From assembly GCA_013239625.1 (NCBI GenBank), contig MU054220.1:2231374-2295373 (forward strand): a stretch of DNA of 64,000 bases, given 5' to 3'. The number at the start of each line of letters is the position of its first letter. Within the stretch, counting starts at the first letter, position 1. The translations under genes and the position numbers were made by a program. This DNA comes from Lama guanicoe. Its lineage: Eukaryota. The notes below the pieces were generated by a model. The model saw only the letters and a list, made by a program, of their open reading frames with translations, was not told where the DNA came from and made no database searches. Shown here one piece after another: positions 1-18,891 of the stretch.

Positions 1-650
1 AAACCTAAGTGTTCATCAATAGATGAATGAATACAGAAGATATGACATGTACATACAATGAAATATTACTCAGCCATTAAAAAGAATGAAATTCTGCCAT
101 TTGCAACAACATGGATGGACATGGAGGATATTACACTTAGTGAAATAAGTCAGTCAGAAGAGGGAGGGTGTAGCTCAGTGGTAGAGTGAGTGCTTAGCAT
201 GCATGAGATCCTGGGTTCAATTCCTAGTACCTCCATTTAAAAATAAATATACAAATAAACAAGCCTAATTACTCCCCCAATACCATTAAAAAAAAAAAGT
301 CAGACAGAGAAAGACAAACACTGTTTTATCACTTATATGTGGACTCTAAAAAATAAAACACGAATGACTATAATGAGAAACAAACTCGCAGATATAGAGA
401 ACAAACTAGTGGTTACCAGTGGGGAGAGGGAAGGAGGAGGAGCAAAGCAGAGGTGGGAATTAAGAGATACAAACTATTATGTATAAAATAAATAAGCAAC
501 AGGATACGGCACAGGAAAACACAGTCATTACTGTGTATAACTTTAAATGGAATATAATCTATAAAAATATTGAATCACTTTGTTATATACCTGAAACTAA
601 TATAATATTGTAAATCAACTGTAGTTCAATAAATAAAAAATATATAAATA
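1..650 (+). mobile_element. LINE-1 3' end (ORF2 terminus and 3'UTR) in F2 intron 12
   Basis: Typical L1 motifs AATATTACTCAGCCATTAAAAAGAATGAAATTCTGCCATTTGCAACAACATGGATGGAC, ending TCAACTGTAGTTCAATAAATAAAAAA. Confidence 0.88.
162..298 (+). mobile_element. tRNA-Ala-derived SINE (camelid Vic-1-like) inserted into an L1 3' end
   Basis: GGGAGGGTGTAGCTCAGTGGTAGAG (A box) ... GGTTCAATTCC (B box), AT-rich tail and poly(A); flanked by imperfect target-site duplication (TSD) AAGTCAG(T/A)CAGA. Confidence 0.88.
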
Positions 651-659
651 AAGTGAAGC

Positions 660-2200
660 ACAATAAAACAAGGTATGCCTATACTCCAAAAATAAATAAA
701 ACCACCAAGATAGGAGGGAGGGTAGTCAAAACTGAACACAATCAAAAACAAATGAGCCTAACTGTATTTTAAATAACACAGAGAAGGCAGAAACAAATGA
801 GCCTAACTGTATTTTAAGTAATCCAAGTTACTTTTAGGCACAGTATTGCTAATATCTTCAGGTTAAAAACAGGAACAACTGTGAATAAATGCTGAACTCT
901 AGTTTGTAGGATTTTTTTCACAGCTATGGATGAGTGATTCTGAAACTATATTTAGTATTAATCAAATAAGTAAATATATTACAGATAACGGGAGTCAGAC
1001 TTCTCACTGGCAACAGAGAGAGTTACAATTGTGGAAAGGAAGAAGCTAAAATTAATCCTGTTGCATTGCAATGGGAGGTTTCAGTATCAACTCACGGTTT
1101 TAGACAGATAAATAGAAAGAAAAACAGATATAGATGTTGGTATATGCATAATACACATATTTTCTAGTTATGTCTGCTGAGAGGGCCTAGGAGCAATGAC
1201 ACCCCAATAACAACGTGCACACCTAGCACCCAGATCTTGGTTTCTAACTACCATCCTCCACTAGAAGGAAACTAGAATGAACCTAGAACATCTTGCTATG
1301 CTGAAAGTAAGAAAGTACTCAGAGATTGACAGGACATCTCCAAAAGTCACACCTCTAAAATCACAGAAGCTGGGACTCCCACTGGCCAAACCTAGGATAA
1401 TTTAAACATTAAAATAATGATAGTAACAAATTATAACACAGAATAAAATAAGGACCCATGACTAATAAATGTAGAAGGAATGACAGAATTAGAAAATCAC
1501 CATTTGGCAGCCACCATAGTTAGGAGAATAGTTTGATGAGAAACAGTATAGAAAGTATCAAACTTTCTCCGCACAAGATATTTGTCTCAAAGAGAAAAAC
1601 AGAACTTTACAGTGAGAAACCTGGCAGTTGCACACACCACCTTAACTAAGAGATCAGAGTTAATCTCACCAGTTATGGAACAAAGAAATCATGTGCCTGA
1701 AAAGGACACATCACTTAGCCTGAATCTGATCATTAGGAAATCTTAGACAAACCCAAATTGAGGCCAGTCTACAGAATAACTGGCCTACACTTGTCAAATA
1801 CATCAAAGTCATGAAAGACAAAGACTGACAACTAATTACAAAGTGTGATCCTTGACTGGATCTGGATGGGAAAAACACTTTTCTTTCTTTTGCTAAAAAG
1901 GACATCAGTAATTAGACAACTGGAAAACATTTGAATAAAGTCTACAAATTAGCTAAAGGTATTTTATCATTATTAATTTTTTAATATTAATTTCTTAATT
2001 TAATAAATGTATTGTGGTTATGGCAGAGACCATCCTTTTTTTTGGAAATATTTAAGCATATGGGTTAAAAGGCAACATATGTACCATTTATTCATAAACT
2101 GTGTATGAAAGGGACAGAATCTGGATGATAGTATAAAGGAATTCTTTGTATTTTTGCAACTTTTCTATGAGTCCGAAATTACACTAAAGTTCTACAAATA
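660..2200 (+). mobile_element. Older L1 3'UTR remnants (L1MC/L1MD-like)
   Basis: A-rich degenerate sequence with L1M-type motifs (CCCAGATCTTGGTTTCTAA, GACAAACCCAAATTGAGG, TTTTTGCAACTTTTCT). Subfamily is uncertain. Confidence 0.6.
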
Positions 2201-2229
2201 TTTTTAATTAAGTTAGGCCATTTATTCAG

Positions 2230-2770
2230 CTGTCCCAAACTCTCCAATAACATCCTATCTCAACAAAAGCCAAAGTCCTTCAAGGCCCTAAAGGAAGTAC
2301 CCATCCTCTGCCTGCCCACCTCCCTCCCCTCATCCAATGCTGCCCTTCCTGTATTTACTGCACTCCAGCCACACAGGCCTCCCTGCTGTTCCTCAGACAT
2401 GCCAAGCGTGTGTCCACCTCAAGGTCTTTGCACCTGCTTTCCCCACAGTCTGGAGTGGCCCCTGGACTGGCTCACTCCTCCATGTCTTCTAGTCTCTGCT
2501 CAAACATCACTTCTCAGGGAGGCCTTGTCCAGCAACAAATGGACAAACACTCTATTTAGATCTCCCCTGCTCCCACCTCTCTCTCCCTTACTCTGCTTCA
2601 TTTTTCTCCCAACAGGGATTGCTATTCTAGATGTTTATTGAAACTCCCTCCTTCTAGGAAGGAAGCTCTCTGAAGACACAGGCATTGTCTGTTAGGGTCC
2701 CTGGAATAGTGCCTGGACCATCGTGGGCACTCAGTAAATACTTGCTGAATGACTGAATGAACGAATGACT
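2230..2770 (+). mobile_element. LINE-2 3' fragment
   Basis: CACTCCAGCCACACAGGCCTCCCTGCTGTTCCTC ... GGCACTCAGTAAATACTTGCTGAATGACTGAATGA, the typical L2 3' terminus. Confidence 0.8.
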
Positions 2771-3090
2771 TTTCCTCCACCCGTGGCCTCTTGCTGGCAT
2801 GTGGTTCACGTATACAGACAACTTAACTAGTGACTAGCACCACACCTAACACTTTAGACACACGATCTCACTTAACCTTCACACAGCCTAATGGGATAGA
2901 GGCTTTCATCTCCTTTTTTACAGAGGAAGAAGCAGCCTCCATGAGCCGAAGCAACTTTGCCCAAAGTCACATGACTTGTAAGTGACTGGAGCCAGGACTT
3001 GAACCCAGGCCTGTGCTCTTAACAGGTCTCAATCCCGCGAACCCGAGGCCCTGCTGTTCCCGCCTGCCCAGCCACGCCCAGGGGACTTGC

Positions 3091-10914
<7,824 letters not shown>

Positions 10915-10939
10915 AGTGTGTCAGCTCCCAGCACTCTGA

Positions 10940-10990
10940 GGGCTTGTCCTGATCCCTCTGGGTTAATGTTGAACCAACATGAAGAAATCA
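10940..10990 (-). promoter_or_regulatory. F2 TATA-less proximal promoter with HNF1-like site
   Basis: GGTTAATGTTGAAC at 10961-10974 resembles the HNF1 palindrome GTTAATNATTAAC and lies about 50 bp upstream of the ATG. Confidence 0.5.
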
Positions 10991-11769
10991 GCCAGGAGGC
11001 AGAGGTCAGCGGGTCAGGGCCGTGGGGACAAGTGGCTAGATAGTCCACCCCCGCCATCTGGGAGGGCAGGTCCTCCTGGGGCCAGGGATGGATGGTCTGC
11101 GAGGATGTCACAAAGACCAGCGGAAGCACCATCATCCAGCCCTTCCCTTCCTGAAACACCGGCCAACTTGGGCCAGCAGAGTCATAAGATCTTCCTGAGA
11201 CGCATTCCAATCCTAACACACAGTGATAGCTGCTTTGAGCTCCATGTGCCTCAGTTTCCTCATCTGTACAATGGGAAGAGTACTTTCTTGTGAGGACTAA
11301 AGGAGATTATGAATATATATTAAGAGCTTAATAATCAGTAGCTATATAAACCTAAACCAGTAGGGAGGTTTGTGTAATCACCACATTACAGACATGAGAA
11401 AATGGAGGCAAGAGTGTGGCCAGATGAGAGCTGCCATCTTGTCCTAGGACACACTGGGCAGGGACAGCCAACATTTGCCCTAGCCTCTCAGCCACAGATA
11501 GAGGGGCCTACTTTCCTCTTTTTCCCATCTGGGAACCATGGGGTGTGTTTGTGTGTGGTTGTTGCCTGGAGGAGGAGCCAGGTCCAGGGCCTCTATGGCC
11601 TCTGGTCTGCTTTCTCTCACTGACCAGGACCTGCGGCCAGCCCAGGAACAGGGGCAGCTCAAATCCCCAGGTCTCCATGGCAGGGCCCTCCCTCTCTCCC
11701 TGCCTGTCTACCCAGAGCCAGGCCTGGAGTGGCTGATGGTCCCAGGCTACCCCTTGCCCAGCCCTGCTC

Positions 11770-11865
11770 CTGTCCCTCCCCCACTTCCTGTTTGCAGTAT
11801 GAAAGGTAAATATTGGTCCTGGGTCTAATTAGGACAGAGGGCCAAAGAGCAGGAACAGAGGGAAC
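11770..11865 (-). promoter_or_regulatory. Liver-type enhancer of F2, about 0.9 kb upstream of the ATG
   Basis: Clustered HNF4-type DR1 GGGCCAAAGAGCA (11839-11851), forkhead/HNF1-like GGTAAATATTGGT (11805-11817) and forkhead TGTTTGC (11789-11795). Position and sequence resemble the human prothrombin enhancer as I recall it. Confidence 0.7.
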
Positions 11866-12099
11866 ACAGGTTCTTTGCTTGCTGTCCTCTGGGCCTGGTC
11901 GTTCAGGGTCTGGACTGCGGTCATGTACAGTCTGGGAAGATCACAGGGAGGGGCCTGGTGCAGAGCAGAGAAGAGAGAGGGATAGCAGAGAACTGGGGAC
12001 CGGGACTCCCACAAATCAACTTAATTCCTGGGTGGCTCAGCTCCTATATTTATATACATTAATATTATGTATCTATATATTCATTCCTATGTTTCACTG

Positions 12100-12990
12100 T
12101 GTATTTTAGTTGAGGTTTAGCTTATATACAGTAATGTTGAAACAACTCCTAAGTGGTTTTTTGGTCGGGGGCAGGTAATTAGGTTTATTTATGTATTTAA
12201 TGGAGGTACTAGGGATTGATCCCAGGACCTTGTGCATGCTAGGCATGTGCTTTACCACTGAGCTATACCCTCCCCCCTCAAAAAAACTCCTAAGAGTTTA
12301 ACTCAGATTTTTATGTATACACCCATATAACCAACCACCTGTTCAAGAGAGAGAACATTTCCAGCCCCCAGCAGACTCCTTCGAGTCGTCCCTGAGATAA
12401 CCACTAGTTTAACCACCATCACCATAAGTCAATTTTGCCTACTTTCGAACTTCAGATAAATGGAAACCAGCAGCATGTACCTGTTTGTGTCTGGCTTCTC
12501 TCACTAGGCATGCTTCTGAGGTTCATCCCTGTTGTGTATATTAGCAGTCCGTCCCTTTTAAAGCTGAGTAGTATTTCATTGCATGAATATTGCAGTTTTG
12601 CTTATCCATTCACCTGTTGATGGGCATCTGGATTAGTTTCCAGTTTGGACTTTAGTGAAAGGTGCTGCTGTGACTATTCGTGTGCAGGTCTTTTGTGTAG
12701 GTAAGCACTGCTTTCTGTTGGGTATATGCCCTGGAGTGACTTTTCTGGGTCTTAAGGCAGGCATATGTTTTGATCAAGTTGCTGTGGCAAATAGTGTCCC
12801 GAGTGGTTATACTCATTCACACTCCTACCAGCAATGTTTGACTTCCAGCCGCTCATATCTCACCAACCTCGATAGATCTCTTCCATCCACTTCACATCAA
12901 CCATTATAACAAATGTGTAAACGGTTTCACTGTGGTTTTAAATTGTACTCCCTGTTGACTTATGATGTTGAGCCTACTTTTTTTTTTCTT
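12100..12990 (-). mobile_element. Old antisense L1 fragment interrupted by a SINE
   Basis: TTATCCATTCACCTGTTGATGGGCATCTGGATTAGTTTCCAGTTT and CACTCCTACCAGCAATG are antisense L1 3' motifs. Confidence 0.75.
12154..12277 (-). mobile_element. tRNA-derived SINE (camelid Vic-1-like)
   Basis: Reverse complement of the same head; TSD AACTCCTAAG at 12144-12153 and 12285-12294. Confidence 0.88.
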
Positions 12991-13499
12991 TTTTGAGTGG
13001 AATGGTGAAAAGATCTCACCTCACTAATTTCTTAAAAAATTCCATGTGGAGTAAGGGAAGGGGGCAGGGCTCCTGAGAAGTGGAGAGAAGGCAGGTGTGG
13101 CATCATCCTTCCTGCTTCAAGGCAGGTGATGATCCTCCTTTTTCTGAGGATCAGCTTGGGCCAGTGCTGAGTCAACCTGGAGAGGGAGGAGAAGGGAGGT
13201 GTTAGCAGTGAGGACAAAACACATAACACATGGTAGCTCTTCTGCGGAGACTTCGTGGGGAGCTAGGGACCCGCTGACTGGCCCCCTTGCTCCCTCGCTA
13301 TCAGAATCCCCCCAGTCCCGACAGACAAGCACCAACTGCGTAAAGAGGGTGTTGGTTTGGGAGGCCGGTACTGGGTTTCACCATCTGTAAAATCAGAATT
13401 ATAACAATATTCACCTCACAAGGCTGATGTTGAAAAACTTAAATAAAATCATACTGGCCTCTCTGCAGGCTCTTCTTCGGAGCTGCAGCCTTGCTCAGT

Positions 13500-13732
13500 C
13501 CGTGGCACCCGCGTGCACAGACACGGCTGTTAATGGGAAAGTCCTGGGCAATGTCTTCCTCAAGCTGTTTGCAGATGATGTTCCAAAGGAGAAAACTTTG
13601 GTTCCCTGAGCACTGGGAAGATGAGATTTGGTTATAAGGGTTCCTGCTTCCCAGGCTTACTCCTGGATTTGTGTGTCAGTATGAGTTTACATGCCGTAAG
13701 AGTACCGATAGCAAGTCCATTTAGGGGGAGAA
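13500..13732 (+). pseudogene. Processed pseudogene fragment of cyclophilin A (PPIA), 5' part of the CDS only
   Basis: AGCTGTTTGCAGA..., CTGAGCACTGG, GATTTGGTTATAAGGGTTCCTGCTT and GCAAGTCCATTTAGGGGGAGAA follow PPIA (ELFAD...LSTG...GFGYKGSCF...KSIYGE) in order, with no introns, frameshifts and a stop at the Tyr codon (TAG). Confidence 0.88.
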
Positions 13733-14346
13733 CCAACAGTTCTGCCAGATGGGGAGGCACCACGGGTGCAGGGTCCCAGGGGACTCAGAACACCCTCAAG
13801 CTTCACCCACTGCAAGCCCCCAGCCTCCCGAAACCTTCTCCCTGGAACTCTCTGGGCCCAGCAGGTAACATGTAGTTGAATGTGTCATTCTTACTTTCAC
13901 CACAAACACATACCTGCACCCTGGAAGCGGATCGTATTTCCCTCTGAGAACAAGGCCATAATGAGGCGTTGCATTTCTGCCCAACAAGTTGGCATCAAAC
14001 GAAATCATGAGTGAAACCAACACTATGTTGTAAAGTGAAGTTCTGTAATCACTGACAACAGTTGAATTATGTTCCAGGACATAGAGAATTTCAGAGCTGG
14101 AAAGGAGATCGGATATCATTAAATTCTGACGTTTCAAAGTCTAGGGCTCTGTGCATGTACTACAGGGTGGCATTGTTCTTTTGCATAGTAAAAAAAAATC
14201 TTCAAAAACTGTAAATTTACCTTAAGGCAAAAATAATTTTTGTCCCTTTTGGTTAAAATTGTGTTTCGTTAGGTGGTTAATTACTTAATTTTTTCCTTAA
14301 TCTGATCAGCAGTTTTCTATTCTGATTTAAAAACATGAGTAAGTCA

Positions 14347-14433
14347 GGGGTTGGGTATATCTCAGTGGTAGAGCGCATACTTAGCATGCAGGAGGTCCTG
14401 GGTCCAATCCCCAGGACCTCCATTTAAAAAAAA
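14347..14433 (+). mobile_element. Short form of the tRNA-derived SINE (head plus poly(A) only)
   Basis: tRNA-like head followed directly by ATTTA(n); 12-bp TSD ATGAGTAAGTCA at 14335-14346 and 14434-14445. Confidence 0.88.
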
Positions 14434-14739
14434 ATGAGTAAGTCAATTTCTATTTAATAAAAATCTTTTAAAATACAGGATCCATAGAAGGGGAAAAGGT
14501 AGCAAAAGGACTCCATAGTGGAACCAAGATTGGGATCCACTGATCTGGTCCAATTTGCCCAAGTCACTAAATGCAATGGAACCTCTGAGTTGGGAAGCTA
14601 ATCGGTCAAGGCTGTACAAAGAGTTGGTGATAAAGTTAGGATGGGTCCCAACTCCTGCCTCTTAGGCCATGGCTCTCCTCACACAACCCCATCTTGACAT
14701 TCTGGTAGAGTACAGCCTCAATGTCCTGTGAAGGACCCA

Positions 14740-15061
14740 TGTACTTATCTGTGGGGGATACATTCCAAGACTCCTCGTGGATGTTTGAAACCATTGACAG
14801 TACTGAACCTTATATATACTATGTTTTTTCTTATACTAATGGCCAGGTAGCCTAGACAGCGTGCATATGCTGGACAGAGGGATGATTCACGCACTGGGCA
14901 GGATGGCAAAAGATTTCATCATGCTGTTCAGAATGGGCACACAATTTAGGATTTATGCATTATTTAGCTCTAGAAATTTCCATTTAATATTTCTGGACAG
15001 CAGTTGCCGGTGGGTAACTGAAACCATGGAAATTGAAACTGTGGACTAGGGGGTACTACTG
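14740..15061 (-). mobile_element. Tigger-family MITE (MER44-like)
   Basis: The right end on the minus strand reads CAGTAGTACCCCCTAGTCCACAGTTTCAATTTCCATGGTTTCAGTTACCC, matching MER44/Tigger7 termini as recalled. Confidence 0.7.
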
Positions 15062-16779
15062 TCTATCCAGAGGACATGAACCCAAAGTCAAAACCGTTGT
15101 GTGGGTGATGTTGACCTGCCCAAACAAGCACTACCTCTAGGCAACACGTAAGCACCTCAATCTTGCTTGTCTTCCAAGAGGGCTGATTGCGATACTATTA
15201 ATGACCAGCTACAATTTATTAACTGCTCACCACGTGCCAGGTATGTAGTACTGACAAGGTAGGTACTATAGCTATCCCCATTTTATGGATGAGAAAACTG
15301 AGGCTCAGAGATGTTAAGTAACTTGCCTGAGTTAATGCAGCTAGTTAAGGGCAGAGCCATGATCCGTACCTGAACCCGTTTAGACGTGGAAATTTATAGT
15401 CCATGATGCTTTACATTGTTTAAATGTCCCTAAACATGAATCTAATTCTATTCTATTGAAAGATTTTCTCACACTATTAAAACTGAAAATCAGGATGAAA
15501 GATTCTTCATCTCCTGCACTTTCTGATGTTTGGCTGACCAGTGATAGACACAGTGTGGTTAAACTTACACCTGTGAAAAGGAGTCCAGCAACGTTTTCAC
15601 AGCAGCTTTGTCCCCTAGTAAGAAGCAGCATTCAAGTTCAGTGCTGTGTACAACAAACTGTTCAAAGTGACTTTATGAGGGGACAGAGGAAAGGAGAAGT
15701 AGGGAATAAAGGGATTTTCAACGTTATAATGAAATAAGAATTATTTTGATATCGGGGAAAAATATATTCTCAATGAAAAAAATATTCCAGTCTTTCCAAG
15801 AACTGTCATTGTACCTTAATTGGAAAAGCACTAAATTGGGAGTCAGAAGACCTGGGCCCTGTCCTGGTTCTGCTACTCATGGTCTCATGCCTCAGCAAGT
15901 AACTCCTCTCTTGGCCTCCATTTTCTTATCTGTAACGTGAGGAAGTTGGACGATGCTCTCCAATGCCCGTTCCCACTTCAGCCATGAGCATTGGCAGAGC
16001 AGAGGCTCCCAAACCAAGTGCCTTTGAATTTGTTGGTGTTGATCTGACCCTGTTCTTCATCACCAGGGACACATCTGTGTGGGGATGTGGCAAGGCGGGT
16101 GGTAAACATCCCAGGTTTTGGCCTGAGGATGGATATGGGGTGTCGACAGGCCTCCTCAGCAACACAAAGCATCCGCACTTCCCTCTACCATTCGATCTCA
16201 AGGGATGGTGTGTCCCCAGGTTAGCTAACGATGCCGGGCAGACACCGCTGAACAGTCACCTGAGTTGGGATGACTTGCCTGAACCTGGAGCTGGAAAAGA
16301 AAGCCTTGTGTGGGCTCTAGCGGGTTGGCTGACTCAAAACTAATGTTAGCAGCTGTTTTTCAGGCTCTGGATGGTGTGGCCTTTCTCTCTGCAGATCGTC
16401 ACCACCTCCTGCTGTCCTCGCTCTCCTGGGACAGTTTTAGAATAACCCTTTGCCAACAAGTTATTCCGACGGGGTGGGCAGATGGGTTAAAGTCAGTGGG
16501 AAGGCAGGAGACATGGGGCTGCTTATTATGACATGGTGGTTGAGTACTGGGAAGCCCCAGGCCCCGCCACGTTGCAATTCTGGTTCTGCTGTTCACTGAC
16601 TGTGTGGTCGGCACTTACTAACCTGCTCCGAATAGTCTACTCATCTGTGAAACTGGGAACACATGCCCAATTTGCAGGATAGAAGGACGATGGAACAAGA
16701 AGGTACGTTCCCAGGCTTTCTCACCTCTACCTCCTCAGAGCAATTCAACCTGGCTTCCAACTGCTCTCACTCAGCTCGC

Positions 16780-17850
16780 CACGACGTCCACAAATCTCAA
16801 CCCTCCAGCAGCAACGGACACGGTTGCCCACTTCTTCCTTGCTGAGATGCTCTTCCATCAGCTTCTGCAGCTGCAGGTTTTTCTATCTCCTTGGATGCTG
16901 ATTTAGCCTCTCTGGAGGAGCCTTCCTCCTCTCTCCCCAGGTTGTGCCCATTTCTCTGCCGCAGGCACTCAACTCAACGCATCCTCAACCAAAATCACAG
17001 CTGCGCCGCTCCCACCCCAGGGCTACTGAACTTGCTACATCAGAAAGCAGGAGTCAGATCTTTCTCTCTCTCTGTCTTTGAATTCGGTCACTTCTACCTC
17101 CCAGAGGTCCCCACCCAAAGCCTTTCCCAGAGTGTACAGCCCTGCCACCCTCACATCCTTGCCTGCTCTGCCTTGGCCACCCTGCTCCTTGCTCTCACTT
17201 GAACTCACTGGGCTTCGCCGGTACTGTTGCCTCTGCCTGAGATCCAGCTTCTTATGCAGACTCAGCCAGGCTCACTCTTCTCTGTAGTTTGGGTCTTTGT
17301 TCCCATCACGTTGTGAGAGGCCTTCCCTGACCACCCTCTAAAATCACACTCCCATTTTAACCTCTCCTCTGTATTACTTTTTTTTTCACTGTATTTATCA
17401 TCTAACGTGTATCTGTTTATTCTCTTCACACCAGAATGTAACCAGAGAGACTATTATTACTGCTGTACCCCTCACAACTAGCCCACAGGAGGTGCTCAGT
17501 ATTTGCTGGATGGACTTCCACTGCTACCCCATTTCCAGCCACCTAATTGATTTCCCCACAGCTGGACCGTGCCTGCCAGTCCACTCTCCAGTGGTCTCTT
17601 CGAACATAAATCTCATCATGTCACTCCCTTGCTCCCTTCAATGTCCTGAGAATGAAGCCCAAAGTCCTGAAGCAAGAACCATGTGGCCTGGCTTTGCCCT
17701 CCTCCCCTCAATGTCTGCTCCAGCCACGCTGGTCTTAGTGGCTCACACACGCCACCCCACCCCGCTCCCGCTGTGACCCCAGGGCTTTTCCATAAGCAGC
17801 TCTCCACGCCCCCACCTTCCCCTGCACCTACTCATCCCTCAGGTCGCAGC
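16780..17850 (+). mobile_element. LINE-2 fragments
   Basis: GAGAGGCCTTCCCTGACCACCCT and GGTGCTCAGTATTTGCTGGATG are L2 motifs; pyrimidine-rich and degenerate. Confidence 0.6.
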
Positions 17851-18891
17851 TGAAACACGGGACAGCAGGGTGCAGAGGTGGAGAGCCTTACTCCAGTGCT
17901 TGGCTACGTGGGCTTGAACTGCTCCTCTGCCACCTAGTAGCTCTGTCACCTCAGGCAGGACACTGAAAGCTCTTTGCTCTCCAGTTTCCTCACACCTACC
18001 TCACAGGATTGCTAAGAGGATTCTATAAATAAACTCACACAAAGGACTGGCCCATAATAAAGGCTGTTTATTATTATTCCTGGGGGACACCTCCCCCGAT
18101 GCCCCTGACCAAGATAGGCCACCCCATCAAACTCGCCCACAGCACCAGGCAGTGCGCCTCTTCCAACTCCCATCCAGCACCCTCTGCCCTCGTGGGTCCT
18201 GAGCTCCTATCCTGTTCACAGCTGCGTCCCCAGCACCACAGGCAGGCGCTTCTTCCTCGCTCCTTCCCTCAACAGGGCTGCCTTTGGCCAGGTACACACA
18301 CATAAGGGCACAGACCTGGCCCCAGATACCTCCGAAGAGTGTGGTGTCCTTCAGCACAGAATGAAAACCAACTTCACAGCCCTGAGGTGGTGAGAAAAGC
18401 TGCCAAAATAACCTACTGCCTGGCTTATAGAGACTTGTGAGCTGTGAATTGAGCCTCTCTGGCCTTTTAACCCTTAAAAGTCATTCCGTTGGTTCCAAAT
18501 AGAAGTTCCTGTCCCTTAGGGAGCTCGATGACAGTGACTATTCCAGCTCTGAGCACCCGGCAGGGCAGCAGTGCTACCTGCAACCCGACTACCTCGCTGG
18601 GCGGGGTCAGCTCTGCCGTGCTGAAAGAACAAGCACCGTAAGGAGCTCCCAGAGAGGGAGGCAGAACAAGCTCCACCGGAAGCCGATAATACGAAGATCT
18701 TACATCTAGCAGAGGTTTATCTTATTAGGGCCTTCAGAAACAGCGTGGTCGTCCTCAAGCAGGAAAGGGACGTCCTTGACCTGCTTCTTGTAGACTGGCC
18801 TCAATCAGGGAACCCGAAGAGAAAGATCCAGACACCCAAACCTCGGAAACACTAGTCTTTATGTAGAGCTCAGCTGGGAGTGGCGAGGGTG

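Noticed and set aside
162..235. tRNA-Ala gene (also at 12200-12277, 14347-14420, 60030-60104, 61140-61217)
   Set aside because: The copies have poly(A) or AT tails, TSDs and scattered mismatches, so they are SINE retrocopies rather than tRNA genes.
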